The notes: generated by a model not told the origin, from the sequence alone. A stretch of DNA of 64,000 bases from Candidatus Magasanikiibacteriota bacterium (GCA_041665025.1 JBAYJP010000002.1:128691-192690), one strand, 5' to 3'. Counted from the first letter of the stretch, positions 46,819-57,508 are shown. Program-made: numbers and translations.

Positions 46819-48804
46819 CTACTTGAGCAATCCAATTATGAGCAACGCCACAATATTCGCCACTTTAATCATCGGATTAATAGCAGGACCAGCGGTATCT
46901 TTGTATGGGTCGCCCACGGTGTCTCCTGTTACTGCGGCCTGGTGAGCAAAAGAGCCCTTACCGCCGTAATTGCCATCTTCAATGTATTTCTTTGCATTGT
47001 CCCATGCTCCACCTCCTGTGGTCATGGAAATGGCTACAAACAGTCCTGTTACAATCGTACCAACAAGCAAACCACCAAGAGCTGCCGGTCCAAGAAGCCA
47101 TCCAACAAGAATGGGCACTACAACAGGGATCATGGCAGGGAGAACCATTTGTCCTATAGCGCCTTTGGTAACAATATCAACGCAAGCGGCATAATCTGGC
47201 TTTGCTTGACCTTCCATAATGCCTTTGATTTCTTTAAATTGTCTGCGAACTTCTTCCACTACTTTTCCTGCAACTTTTCCAACTGATTGCATGAGCATTG
47301 AACCAAATAAATATGGAAGTAATCCCCCAATGAAAAGACCAGTTAATATTTTTGGATCATTGATTTGAAACACGGTATCAATTCCTTTTTCTGCAAGTTT
47401 GTGTGTAAAATCTCCAAATAACACGAGGGCAGCGAGACCAGCAGACGCAATAGCATATCCTTTGGTAACTGCTTTGGTTGTGTTTCCAACCGCGTCAAGA
47501 GGATCTGTCGTATTGCGGATTTCGTCTCCGAGTTCAGCCATTTCTGCAATGCCACCTGCGTTGTCTGTGATTGGTCCGTATGCGTCAATCGTAACGACGA
47601 TGCCCGTCAATGACAACATTGCCATGGCAGCAATTGCAATGCCGTAGAGCCCTGCCAAATTGTTTGCAATAAGCATACCAGCAACAATTGCAAGTACAGG
47701 CAAAGCAGTAGATTTCATCGAAACAGCAAGGCCAGTGATAACGTTTGTACCGTGTCCTGTTTCACTTGCTTTTGCAATTTGTTTCACGGCACTGTACCGT
47801 TTGGAAGTATAAAATTCAGTAATCCAAAACATCGCTCCAGTGAGAAGTACGCCAACAACGGCACTCCAGAATAAATCACCTGTTCCCATTTTCAAACTTT
47901 TTGCGTAGTAAGCACTTGCGAAATAGAATCCAACAAGTGAGAGAGCTGCGCTTACGGCAAGTCCTTTGTACAGAGCGCCCATGATATTTTTGCCTTTGCC
48001 AAGTTTGATAAAGAATGTACCAACAATTGAAGCGATAATTGAAATAGCTCCAAGCATGAGAGGATAGATAATTCCTGCATCAGTGCCTTTGAATGTGAGA
48101 GATCCAAGTACGATAGCAGCGACAGCCGTAACAGCGTATGTTTCAAACAGATCTGCAGCCATACCTGCACAGTCTCCCACGTTGTCTCCCACGTTGTCTG
48201 CAATAACAGCCGGGTTGCGTGGATCATCTTCTGGAATTCCTTTTTCTACTTTACCTACGAGGTCAGCACCAACGTCCGCTGCTTTGGTAAATATACCGCC
48301 ACCTATACGTGCAAATATAGAAATAAGACTGCCTCCAAATGCAAGGCCGATAAGAGCATTTACATCTTTGGTGAGAAGATAAAATCCTGCAACACCGAGA
48401 AGTCCAAGTCCCACGACAAGTAAACCAGTAATAGATCCTCCTTTTACCGCAACATCAAGCGCCGCAGCTAAACCATTTTTTGCCGCTTCAGTTGTACGGA
48501 CATTTGCACGTACAGATATAGTCATGCCAACAAATCCGGCAATTCCAGAAAATACAGCTCCGATAACAAATCCCAAAGAAGTCATGAAACCAAGAAAAAT
48601 CCACAAAAGTGCAAAAACGACGACTGCTACCATGCCAATTGTCTTGTATTGGCGGCTTAGATAGGCTTTTGCGCCTTCTTGGATAGCGCGTGCGATAGTT
48701 TGCATCCGGTCTGAGCCAGATGGTTTCTTGTTGATCCATTGGATAAGGAAGAGGCCATATCCAATAGCCAATAATGCTGGTACTAGGAGGAGTACGTAGA
48801 GCAT
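46819..48804 (-). CDS. hppA: Membrane H+-translocating pyrophosphatase, K+-independent type
   Basis: [26 protein letters not shown] (Lys determinant), [10 protein letters not shown]. Confidence 0.93.
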   Translation of the reverse strand: MLYVLLLVPALLAIGYGLFLIQWINKKPSGSDRMQTIARAIQEGAKAYLSRQYKTIGMVAVVVFALLWIFLGFMTSLGFVIGAVFSGIAGFVGMTISVRANVRTTEAAKNGLAAALDVAVKGGSITGLLVVGLGLLGVAGFYLLTKDVNALIGLAFGGSLISIFARIGGGIFTKAADVGADLVGKVEKGIPEDDPRNPAVIADNVGDNVGDCAGMAADLFETYAVTAVAAIVLGSLTFKGTDAGIIYPLMLGAISIIASIVGTFFIKLGKGKNIMGALYKGLAVSAALSLVGFYFASAYYAKSLKMGTGDLFWSAVVGVLLTGAMFWITEFYTSKRYSAVKQIAKASETGHGTNVITGLAVSMKSTALPVLAIVAGMLIANNLAGLYGIAIAAMAMLSLTGIVVTIDAYGPITDNAGGIAEMAELGDEIRNTTDPLDAVGNTTKAVTKGYAIASAGLAALVLFGDFTHKLAEKGIDTVFQINDPKILTGLFIGGLLPYLFGSMLMQSVGKVAGKVVEEVRRQFKEIKGIMEGQAKPDYAACVDIVTKGAIGQMVLPAMIPVVVPILVGWLLGPAALGGLLVGTIVTGLFVAISMTTGGGAWDNAKKYIEDGNYGGKGSFAHQAAVTGDTVGDPYKDTAGPAINPMIKVANIVALLIIGLLK

Positions 48805-48973
48805 ATAGAATGCTAAGTTAAGATTAATACTAAAAGAAATAGACGAGGTGGATTATAGGGAAAAATGAGAGAAAAGTCAACGCCTCTTAAAATAAAATAA
48901 TCCGCAGTTACGGATTATTTTATTTCCTCTATATTTAGTAAACGCTAAACACATAGGGAATGTGCGCCGGCTC

Positions 48974-49231
48974 TCACGAGAGATACCGGCGCTGACAAGC
49001 CGTCCACGAGCAGAGCGATTTCGCAATCGCCCCGACGTAGAGGACGGGGGCCGTCCACGGCGAGAGTGCCCCCAGGACCGGGAACACTGCCAGGAAGGAT
49101 GACACGAACCCGGCCGTTGCAGTGATGAGCGCGAGGCCGACTGTGAAGAGCCAGCCCTGTGCGATGGACAGGATGGCGAGTACCACCCCGATCATCACTG
49201 CGGAACAGCCCACGCACAACATCGCCAACAT
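48974..49231 (-). CDS. GC-rich small orphan membrane protein
   Basis: Two to three hydrophobic helices; purine-rich RBS GGAAAGGGG; own TTGACG promoter; GC-rich against flanks. Confidence 0.55.
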   Translation of the reverse strand: MLAMLCVGCSAVMIGVVLAILSIAQGWLFTVGLALITATAGFVSSFLAVFPVLGALSPWTAPVLYVGAIAKSLCSWTACQRRYLS

Positions 49232-49343
49232 GCGTCCCCCTTTCCGTGGAAGTTGACGACGTGGTCAGACTAACGTAAATTTTATTTTTCGTCAATCTTT
49301 TTGTTATAGTTTTTCCTGCAGTCTTGTGTTACAATATTCCCAT

Positions 49344-52037
49344 ATGCCCAATCAAAATAAAAAAACATTTGTTATTATAGATGGTAATGCAATTATCCAT
49401 CGCGCATATCATGCTCTTCCACCTCTTACTGCCAAAGATGGCACTATGGTAAATGCTGTGTATGGGTTTACTTCCATGCTTCTTAAGGTTTTAAATGACT
49501 TGAAGCCAGATTACATGGCAGTGAGTTTTGATGTGGCGGGCGAAACATTCCGTGGCAAAATGTTTGAAGGATACAAAGCAAAACGCGTTAAAGCTGGCCA
49601 GGAATTGTATGATCAAATTCCTCTTGTGTACCAGGTTGTGGAAGCGTTTGAAATACCTATATATATCAAAGAAGGATATGAGGCCGATGACGTAATTGGA
49701 ACCGTTGCTAATTATATAAAAAAAGAGAAATTAGGTATCAAAAGTATTATTGTGACCGGAGACATGGATTTGTTGCAACTGGTTGATGACAATATTACGG
49801 AAGTATATCTTTTGCGAAAAGGTCTTTCTGATTTTCAATTATATAATGAGAAGGCAGTTATCGAACGATTTGGGTTTGGGCCAAAGCATATTGTGGATTA
49901 CAAATCATTGCGTGGTGATAGCTCGGATAATATTCCTGGTGTGAAAGGAATTGGAGAAAAAACTGCAGTCGAGTTGATTACAAAAGTTGGGGGGATTGCT
50001 GATATTTATAAAAAGATTGAATCTTTAAAAGATTATAAGATCAGTGATGGTGTTATCAAAAAATTAATAGATGATAAAGACAACGCACTCATGAGTCAAG
50101 AACTTGCAACGATTTGCGAGGACGTGAAAGGACTGGAATTTGATCTAAAGAAATGCGAGAATGGACCATTTGATCGAGAAAAAGTAGTTAAGCTCATGCA
50201 AAAATTTGAGTTTTATTCCCTTGCTAAACGGATTTCCGGCAATGCAGAGGCAGGTCGCGATTTGTCTGTACGGACAGAGCAAAAAAAGAAATCTCGAAAT
50301 AGTCAAAAATTAATTATTGCGGATAAAAAAAATATTAATGATATTTTGCAGGAATTGAAGAAAGAAGAAGTCGTTGCGTGTAAAGAAATTTTGTCAGGCG
50401 CCGAGGTGCTGACAAGCGATTTGCTTGGTCTTGTGTTTGCAACAAAGAATGGAAGTTACTATATTGAGAAACCAACAAATGATATTTTTAAATTATTTGA
50501 GGATGAAAAGAAAATAACCATCGGCCATGATGTGAAGTCCCTAATAAAAGTGCTCAAGTGCTCAAGTGCTCAAGTGCTCAAGTGTCAATTGTTCGACATC
50601 ATGATCGCCTCGTATCTTCTCAATTCAAGTACACGCGCACATGATTTGCGTTCCATTGCTCTTAGGGAATTAGGAAAAGAGTTGTCAGCTGGCTCAGATC
50701 AAAGTAGTTTGTTTGGGGTTGATGCGCAGGTTGTGGCGAATGAACTTCAGATCATGCTCGAAGTATATGAAATATACAAGAAAAAACTTGAAGATGAAGA
50801 AAATCGAGGACTTTTTGATGATATAGAAATGGCCCTTGTGCCGGTACTTGCAGAAATGGAGTTAAACGGGGTTGCAATAGATGAAAAAATGCTTCACGAA
50901 TCTTCTGTAGAAGTAAATCAAGAGATAAAAACACTTGAAAAGAAAATTTGGCAAGAAGCAGGAGAAGAATTTAATGTTGCCTCTTCAGTTCAATTACGCG
51001 ATATATTATTTGAAAAAATGGGTTTACCACACGAAGGAGTAAAAAAAGGTAAAACAGGTCTTTCAACTGCCGCGTCTGAACTAGAAAAATTGCATGGCAT
51101 TCACCCAATTATTGAATACATAGAGGATTATCGTGAATTAGAAAAATTACGTAACACCTATATTGATGTATTGCCGACCTTGGTTAATAAAAAGACCGGA
51201 CGCATACATTCTTCCTTTAATCAGACAGTTGCCACAACTGGTCGTTTGTCTAGTTCGGATCCAAATTTACAAAATATTCCTATTCGAACTAAGTTGGGAC
51301 GCAAAGTTCGCGAGGCATTTATCGCAGAGCCCGGCAATGTGCTTATTGTTGCTGATTATTCACAAATTGAATTGCGAATTGTCGCCTCACTTGCGCAGGA
51401 TAATACCCTTATCGATATCTTTAAGCGGGGCGAAGACGTCCACACGGCAACCGCGGCAGTCATAAATGGTGTGCCACTTGATAAAGTCACCAGAGAAATG
51501 CGCAGTGCCGCCAAAGGAGTCAATTTTGGTGTGTTGTATGGTATGGGATCGTATGGGTTGTCTTCGCGAACGGGTATTACTCAGTGGGAGGCAAAAGATT
51601 TTATAAAAAAATATTTTGAAAATTTTAAAGATGTTAAAAAATATATTGATGGAACGCTGGCATTTGCGCGTAAAGAGGGATATGTGGAAACATTATTTGG
51701 CCGACGGCGATATATTCCAGAATTGATGTCAGGAAATTATCAATTGAAATCTGCAGGAGAGCGTATGGCAATAAATATGCCCGTGCAGGGTACGGCCGCA
51801 GATCTCATGAAAATGGCAATGATAAAAATAAGAAACAAGATACAAGAAACAAGATATAAATCCGACGAGGTACGAATGATTTTGCAAGTGCATGATGAAT
51901 TGGTGTTTGAGATCAAAAAAGGATTAGAAGATGAGGTCGTTAAAATCGTAAAGTATGAAATGGAGCATGTGGCGCAGTTGCGTGTGCCCATTGATGTGCA
52001 CGTGAGCGTGGGAAAAAGATGGGGGGAGATGAAGTAA
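49344..52037 (+). CDS. polA: DNA polymerase I
   Basis: 5'-3' exonuclease (EADD, GDSSDNIPG), TGRLSS.DPNLQNIP, DYSQIELR, QVHDE. Confidence 0.97.
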   Translation: MPNQNKKTFVIIDGNAIIHRAYHALPPLTAKDGTMVNAVYGFTSMLLKVLNDLKPDYMAVSFDVAGETFRGKMFEGYKAKRVKAGQELYDQIPLVYQVVEAFEIPIYIKEGYEADDVIGTVANYIKKEKLGIKSIIVTGDMDLLQLVDDNITEVYLLRKGLSDFQLYNEKAVIERFGFGPKHIVDYKSLRGDSSDNIPGVKGIGEKTAVELITKVGGIADIYKKIESLKDYKISDGVIKKLIDDKDNALMSQELATICEDVKGLEFDLKKCENGPFDREKVVKLMQKFEFYSLAKRISGNAEAGRDLSVRTEQKKKSRNSQKLIIADKKNINDILQELKKEEVVACKEILSGAEVLTSDLLGLVFATKNGSYYIEKPTNDIFKLFEDEKKITIGHDVKSLIKVLKCSSAQVLKCQLFDIMIASYLLNSSTRAHDLRSIALRELGKELSAGSDQSSLFGVDAQVVANELQIMLEVYEIYKKKLEDEENRGLFDDIEMALVPVLAEMELNGVAIDEKMLHESSVEVNQEIKTLEKKIWQEAGEEFNVASSVQLRDILFEKMGLPHEGVKKGKTGLSTAASELEKLHGIHPIIEYIEDYRELEKLRNTYIDVLPTLVNKKTGRIHSSFNQTVATTGRLSSSDPNLQNIPIRTKLGRKVREAFIAEPGNVLIVADYSQIELRIVASLAQDNTLIDIFKRGEDVHTATAAVINGVPLDKVTREMRSAAKGVNFGVLYGMGSYGLSSRTGITQWEAKDFIKKYFENFKDVKKYIDGTLAFARKEGYVETLFGRRRYIPELMSGNYQLKSAGERMAINMPVQGTAADLMKMAMIKIRNKIQETRYKSDEVRMILQVHDELVFEIKKGLEDEVVKIVKYEMEHVAQLRVPIDVHVSVGKRWGEMK

Positions 52038-52049
52038 GGACATTTTAGT

Positions 52050-52537
52050 ACGTTCCCTTCCCTAATAGGGAAGGGACAGGGAAGGGTCTTACAAATATTT
52101 AAGGAGGATATGCAAAAGCGGGACCGCTATATTGTTGATAAAAAAATAAAAAGACGAAGGAAGTTTTTGCGTTCTTTGCCTACGAAAGCTGAATATGTAT
52201 TGTGGCAAGAGTTAAGAAGAAAATTATTAGGATATAAATTTAGAAGACAGGTGAGCATTGGAAAATTTATTGTAGATTTTTATTGTCACGAGTTAAGATT
52301 GGTAATAGAAGTTGACGGGCCTATTCATGAGGATCAAATTGAATATGACAATCAAAGACAGAAATTTTTAGAATCACGAGGTTATATCGTGATTCGTTTT
52401 TTAAATGATGAAGTATTGTTTGATAGAGATGTTGTATTGCAGTGTATAGAAGATTGGTGTTGCATATTGGACAGAAGTATTTGTTCATAAGTTGGCAAGA
52501 CCTCCACCTGTCCTCCTCCTAAAAGGAGAAGGAACGT
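52050..52537. mobile_element. DUF559 gene flanked by inverted palindromic repeats
   Basis: 52050-52090 ACGTTCCCTTCCCTAATAGGGAAGGGACAGGGAAGGGTCTT versus inverted copy at 52497-52537. Confidence 0.65.
52110..52490 (+). CDS. DUF559 / Vsr-like endonuclease
   Basis: T.AE..LW..LR, KFRRQ, IVDFYC, IEVDG.IH, VIRF.N. Confidence 0.9.
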   Translation: MQKRDRYIVDKKIKRRRKFLRSLPTKAEYVLWQELRRKLLGYKFRRQVSIGKFIVDFYCHELRLVIEVDGPIHEDQIEYDNQRQKFLESRGYIVIRFLNDEVLFDRDVVLQCIEDWCCILDRSICS

Positions 52538-52751
52538 TTTTAAGAGAGTTTATTTATCAAAAAAACACCCTTTCCAGGTTGTTTTATTTTTTATTTCTCT
52601 GTCTTCGGGGGTGTTCACGTTGAACACCCCCGTCCTCCTAATAAAGAACATGTTGCCCTCACTTTCGCGGGGCACCCCCCGCCCCGGCCGGAGCCAGGGC
52701 GGGGGTCCCGCTCGGCGACTCAGTCACCAGGAGCAGCGCAGGCTCGAAGCG

Positions 52752-53195
52752 CTAGCTCGTGGCGCACTGGGTCGCCGCGTTGAGGCCGGACGCGTCGGCG
52801 AAGGCACCCACGATCATCACGCCGTTGCGCGCGGTGACCTCGGACGGCGCCATCGCCGCGAAGTAGTCGACCTGCGCCGAGTTGGCCTGCGCCGCCGACA
52901 TCGTCGCGGTCGGGGGCGCGTTCGCCGTCGTGTCGTTCGCCTGGTCGACCGCCTGGGTCGTGTTCGCCGTCTCGGCCGGCGCCACCTCGAAGATCAACGC
53001 CACCGCGTCGTTGTTGCGGTTGACGGCGACCTCCATGAGCGTCGCGGACGACTCGGTGAGCGGCTGGTCGGTGTCCTCGGCGAAGGTCGCGGCGACCTGC
53101 TGCACGGCATGCTGCGGGGTCGCGGCGGAGACGGCCGGAGCGGCGATGGCGGCGATGGCGAGCATCGCGGCGAGGAGCCAGAGTCTCTTCGACAT
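52752..53195 (-). CDS. GC-rich secreted Ala/Thr-rich orphan protein
   Basis: Signal peptide MSKRLWLLAAMLAIAAIAAPAVSA; SD GGGAGG; strong GC3 bias. Confidence 0.7.
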   Translation of the reverse strand: MSKRLWLLAAMLAIAAIAAPAVSAATPQHAVQQVAATFAEDTDQPLTESSATLMEVAVNRNNDAVALIFEVAPAETANTTQAVDQANDTTANAPPTATMSAAQANSAQVDYFAAMAPSEVTARNGVMIVGAFADASGLNAATQCATS

Positions 53196-53566
53196 GGAAT
53201 CCTCCCTGCATGCGGGCCGATCACGTCGGCCCGGTAGCGAAGTCCGTCCCGGGACGCGTCAGTCTCCAGCACCATTGGCAATGAATCACAATCTTTCAAC
53301 TTGGCCCCATTGGGTCGATGGCGCGTTATTACCTTTAATGCGCCGGTTGAGTTGAGAAGATTGCGACTGAGAGCCGCGGGCACCAAAGAGCAAAACGCGG
53401 GGACGTTATAGTCTATCCTATCAATCTCTCTCTCTCTTTACAAGACGTACAGGACTGTTTATCCACATGAGCTAAATTATTTTCAAATAAAAAACAACAA
53501 TTCTTTCATTGCTGTTTTTAATATTGTGTATTACAATAGGACTGCTTAAAATGTTATAAATCGCAT

Positions 53567-54349
53567 ATGTATAAAATAATTCTTGTGGTAGTTTCTTTAT
53601 TTATTCTTGGCTTTAGCTGTACTTCCCCTATTCAATATGTGCAAAACGGTAGGCAGGCGCTTAATGATTGGGATTATGTACAACAACATCTCGTCATAAA
53701 AGAACAGACAATAGTTGAAACAAAAGAAGGGTCGTATGATATAGAAATTACATATCCTACTATAACTGAGCCAGCTAAAGAAGGAACTGAAGGATTTAAC
53801 AGATTTATTGAATTTTTGCTTAAAAATAATTTTCTGCCAGAGTTTAAAGTAAGAGTTGGGGAGGCCGGACCTCTATTAGTCGCCGATGTGCCATATTCAC
53901 TTTCTGGTTCATACGAAATACTTGAATCAAAGCTTGATTATATTTCAGTTCGTCTGTTTTTTACTGAATATCTAGGTGGAGCCCATCCAGTGTCATGGAC
54001 CTACACTATTGATTATGAGTTAGATGTTAGACATCTAGTTGATCTTGGTGATATTTTTAATGTCAAAGAAGATGTGTATTTACCACGTTTGTCCGAATTG
54101 TCCCAACCATTGCTTGTATCTCAATTGGATGATATGGCTGACCTGCAATGGATTGAAAAAGGCACAAAGCCAGTAAAGAGCAATTTTAAAAATTTTAATG
54201 TAACCGCAGAAGGGCTCAAATTTGTGTTTGATCCATATCAAGTTGCGCCGTATGCAGCTGGCATGCAGGAAATTACTATTTTTTATAATCAGTTGGAAGA
54301 TCTAATCAATAAAAATGGGCCGGTCAAATATGTTAGAACGGCCAACTAG
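53567..54349 (+). CDS. DUF3298/DUF4163 (RsiV/PdaC-like) lipoprotein
   Basis: YLGGAHP, L.DIF, F.PYQVAPYAAG; N-terminal signal with Cys. Confidence 0.85.
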   Translation: MYKIILVVVSLFILGFSCTSPIQYVQNGRQALNDWDYVQQHLVIKEQTIVETKEGSYDIEITYPTITEPAKEGTEGFNRFIEFLLKNNFLPEFKVRVGEAGPLLVADVPYSLSGSYEILESKLDYISVRLFFTEYLGGAHPVSWTYTIDYELDVRHLVDLGDIFNVKEDVYLPRLSELSQPLLVSQLDDMADLQWIEKGTKPVKSNFKNFNVTAEGLKFVFDPYQVAPYAAGMQEITIFYNQLEDLINKNGPVKYVRTAN

Positions 54350-54352
54350 CTT

Positions 54353-55327
54353 ATGCTCATTTATCTACACGGTTCAGACACATTTCGAAGCCGTCAACAA
54401 CTCAAAAAAATGATTGAAAAATTCAAAATAGACCGTGATCCACAAGGATACAATGTGGCTGTTTTAGATTGTGCAAGAGAAGACGCAGGTAAGATAATGG
54501 AACAGCTACTCGCAAGTCCATTTTTGGCAGAAAAGCGCATGGTCGTTCTTGAAAATGTATTATCAGCAACAGGTAAGAAAGATCTTCAAGAAGAAATATT
54601 AAGTCGTATAAAAGAGAAGCGTATTCCCGAAAGTAATGTTGTGTTATTTTGGGAAGGTGAAGGCAAAACAAAGACGGATGTGTCAAAAAAACTCCATGAA
54701 GTGTTATCAAAAGAAAAATTCGCGCAAGAATTTAGGGAGCTTGCAGGAGTTCAACTATCTTCGTGGATAAGACAAGAAATTGAGGCGCGCGGTGGAATTA
54801 TTGACTCTCAAGCACTATCCTATATGTCTACGCATGTTGGAGGTAACATGTGGTCGCTTAATTCTCTGGTTGATCAGCTTACCAACTATACTTCGTCAAA
54901 GATTACCCTCGGCGATGTACAATTATTCTTAGAAGAAAAATTTGACGATAATATTTTTAATCTAGTTGATGCAATTGTAGGAAAACAGCCCAAACAAGTA
55001 TTTCGCATGATACAAGAACAATATAGTAAAGGAGAAGATGCACAATTTATATTTGCCATGATTTTGCGTCAGATACGCATATTGGTTGAACTGCGTGATT
55101 TGTTTGAACGTGAAGATAATTTACAAAGCGATGCAATTGCCAAACGGCTTAATCTCCATCCGTTTGTTGTCAAAAAATCTTTACCTCTTATCAAGCGTTA
55201 TACTCTTTTACAGTTGCAATATATATATCAAAAGCTTCTTGAACTTGATATCAAAACAAAAACCGGCCAAGGTGGCCAGTCTCTGTTGTTGGATGTGTTG
55301 GTGGGGAGAATCTCGATTAACATCTAA
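54353..55327 (+). CDS. holA: DNA polymerase III delta subunit
   Basis: YLHGSD, PFLAEKRMVV, IF.LVDAI, HPFVVKK, D...KTG. Confidence 0.92.
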   Translation: MLIYLHGSDTFRSRQQLKKMIEKFKIDRDPQGYNVAVLDCAREDAGKIMEQLLASPFLAEKRMVVLENVLSATGKKDLQEEILSRIKEKRIPESNVVLFWEGEGKTKTDVSKKLHEVLSKEKFAQEFRELAGVQLSSWIRQEIEARGGIIDSQALSYMSTHVGGNMWSLNSLVDQLTNYTSSKITLGDVQLFLEEKFDDNIFNLVDAIVGKQPKQVFRMIQEQYSKGEDAQFIFAMILRQIRILVELRDLFEREDNLQSDAIAKRLNLHPFVVKKSLPLIKRYTLLQLQYIYQKLLELDIKTKTGQGGQSLLLDVLVGRISINI

Positions 55328-55815
55328 AAGTTTCTTAAAAATTTTCCATCTCGCTCTGCCTCTTTAAGACTCTCGTCTTCTAAGTGTTCTCTGTGCATTT
55401 CATCTCGCTCTGGTTGAAAAGTGTCATGTTTTTGAATCTCACGAAATAAGACACGTATCTCATGGATATCTTGTTCTGTTTTGCATTTTTTTAGTAGAGC
55501 TTCAAAACGTTTTCGTTGCCAGTCGGAATACATTATAAGTTTGTGTAAGGATGGATACTTTTTTAGTAGTGAATTGAGTGTTGCAGTTTCGTCGGGGACA
55601 CAGTCTTTGAAATATTGGGAAATAAGATCTGCACCCTGGCCTCCTTCGCCATATGTTTCTTCAAATGTAGGTATCATAAATACGCTTGTGTCTAGTCCAT
55701 CCAGTAAGTCAGCCTCATATAAGTCGATTCCCGCACCGCCAATTTGGTTTCCAAAATAACCATCCCTGATTATTTTTTTGTAAAATATATTATATACTTC
55801 CTGTTCTTTTATCAT
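55324..55815 (-). CDS. Hypothetical protein
   Basis: 163-aa ORF convergent with holA. Confidence 0.55.
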   Translation of the reverse strand: MIKEQEVYNIFYKKIIRDGYFGNQIGGAGIDLYEADLLDGLDTSVFMIPTFEETYGEGGQGADLISQYFKDCVPDETATLNSLLKKYPSLHKLIMYSDWQRKRFEALLKKCKTEQDIHEIRVLFREIQKHDTFQPERDEMHREHLEDESLKEAERDGKFLRNF

Positions 55816-55936
55816 AAAGTAAAATAGAGGTATTGATCCTATAGTTACTCCTCGGCTCGCCCCGAGTACTCGGGGTCTCGCCTGCGTCGTAAATAAAATC
55901 CCGACTTAATTCGTCGGGATTATTGTATCGTGTTTA

Positions 55937-56203
55937 CTATTTCTTTGCAACTTTGTTTTTCTTTATCATGAGGCGGGATAAGTAACGTCCTGCTGCGCCT
56001 GCTTTGATAACACCTTTTTTCGCGGCCTTATCAAGCTTCTTTTGTGCAAGTTTTATTTTGTCTTGTACATCGGCTGTACTTGTATCAATAGCTTGTTTGG
56101 CGTCTTTCAAAGCTTTTTTGTATGCTTTTTTGTAAATAAGATTTTCTGCAGTACGTCGTAAATCTTGGCGCAAAGCTTTCTTTGCATGTTTTTTAATAGG
56201 CAT
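55937..56203 (-). CDS. rpsT: 30S ribosomal protein S20
   Basis: MPIKKHAKKALRQ...LDKAAKKGVI...SRL. Confidence 0.93.
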   Translation of the reverse strand: MPIKKHAKKALRQDLRRTAENLIYKKAYKKALKDAKQAIDTSTADVQDKIKLAQKKLDKAAKKGVIKAGAAGRYLSRLMIKKNKVAKK

Positions 56204-56418
56204 AATAGTTTTGAGATTGGATAATTAGTTAATTTTTATCCGCCGAAGCTTTTGCGTAGGCGGAGAGAGCGTCGTTATAATACGTTATTTATCGCATTTT
56301 GTCAATAGTTTGCTTAAAAGTTAGCTAAGTAACTAAGTCGGCTAAGTTTACTAGGTTTATATTATTGAATATCAGCTTTTTAACTTAGGTACTTAGAAAA
56401 CTTAGCAAACTTAGCTAG

Positions 56419-57504
56419 CTATTCTTCCATCACAGGCTTTTCCAGTGCCAGAGGTTCAACAGTCTTTTCTCCTTCCGTTATCCTCATTACATCCTTATCA
56501 ATCTTCCCAAATTCTTTATACGCGCTATTGTACATGTTTACGGTAGTCGTGAGATTGTTTCCCATCTTCTTGAGATAATCTTCGTAGCTTAATAAGTGTT
56601 TACCCAGCTGTTCCACTTGTTTTCGTATTTCTTTTGCGCTTTCTTCAATTTGTAAAGCGCGTAGTCCCTGCATGACTGTCTGTAAATAAGCAAAAAAGCT
56701 CGTTGGGGAAACAATAATGACATGTTTATCTTTGAACGCATATTCTATCAGGTCTTGCGTATTTATTTGTATGGCCCCAACCTTGTTGATAAGCAAATCA
56801 TAGTAAATCCCCTCTGCTGGAATAAACATGAATGCAAAATCCATAGTATTTTCTTTTGGTTTGATATATTTTGCTGTTTCATCAATTCTATTTTTTAAAT
56901 CCCGTTTAAATTCCTTTTCCAGTTCTGCTTTTCTGTCAGGATCGTTTTCTGCTATTACGCGATTGTAATTTTCCAAACTAAATTTGGAATCAATCGGGAT
57001 AATTTTATCTTTGATAAATATCGCCGCATCTACAATATCGCCATCAGCAAATTTGTATTGCATTTCATATGCTCCTGGTGGCATCACATTTTTTAATACA
57101 TTTTCTAGATAGTATTCACCCAAAACTCCTCTATGTTTGGGATTTTTCAATACATTTTCTAATCCTTGTAATTGTTCTGCAACGCCTACAACCTGCTTGT
57201 TTGTTTCATCAAGCTTGGTTAGTTTTTCAGTTACGTCAGTGATGATTTTTGTGCTTTGTGCAAATTGATTTTGCATGGTCTTATGAATATTTTCTTGTAC
57301 GTCCCCCATTGATTTATAGGTATCAGACATTTTCTGGTCTACGGTTTTGTTGAGTTCTTGGATTTGTTGTTGGAGCATTAGGAACAAGTTTTGATCCCCT
57401 TCTCTGGGTTTGTTTATATTAGACATTTTTTTATACAACAAAAAAAGCGTAACTATAGTTGCGACGAGAAGCATTGATAAAATAATAAGTAGCCAGGTAA
57501 GCAT
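56419..57504 (-). CDS. rmuC: DNA recombination protein RmuC
   Basis: RGVLGE, IDSKF, MFIPAEG, SPTS. Confidence 0.92.
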   Translation of the reverse strand: MLTWLLIILSMLLVATIVTLFLLYKKMSNINKPREGDQNLFLMLQQQIQELNKTVDQKMSDTYKSMGDVQENIHKTMQNQFAQSTKIITDVTEKLTKLDETNKQVVGVAEQLQGLENVLKNPKHRGVLGEYYLENVLKNVMPPGAYEMQYKFADGDIVDAAIFIKDKIIPIDSKFSLENYNRVIAENDPDRKAELEKEFKRDLKNRIDETAKYIKPKENTMDFAFMFIPAEGIYYDLLINKVGAIQINTQDLIEYAFKDKHVIIVSPTSFFAYLQTVMQGLRALQIEESAKEIRKQVEQLGKHLLSYEDYLKKMGNNLTTTVNMYNSAYKEFGKIDKDVMRITEGEKTVEPLALEKPVMEE

Positions 57505-57508
57505 ATGT

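Noticed and set aside
52640-52735. CTGA...GA...CGAAA on the minus strand as a hammerhead variant
   Set aside because: Spacing breaks the CUGANGA core, and these bases fit simple hairpins better.
52611-53386. Multiple overlapping ORFs on both strands
   Set aside because: Shadow ORFs of the GC-rich gene 52752..53195, which has the SD and signal peptide.
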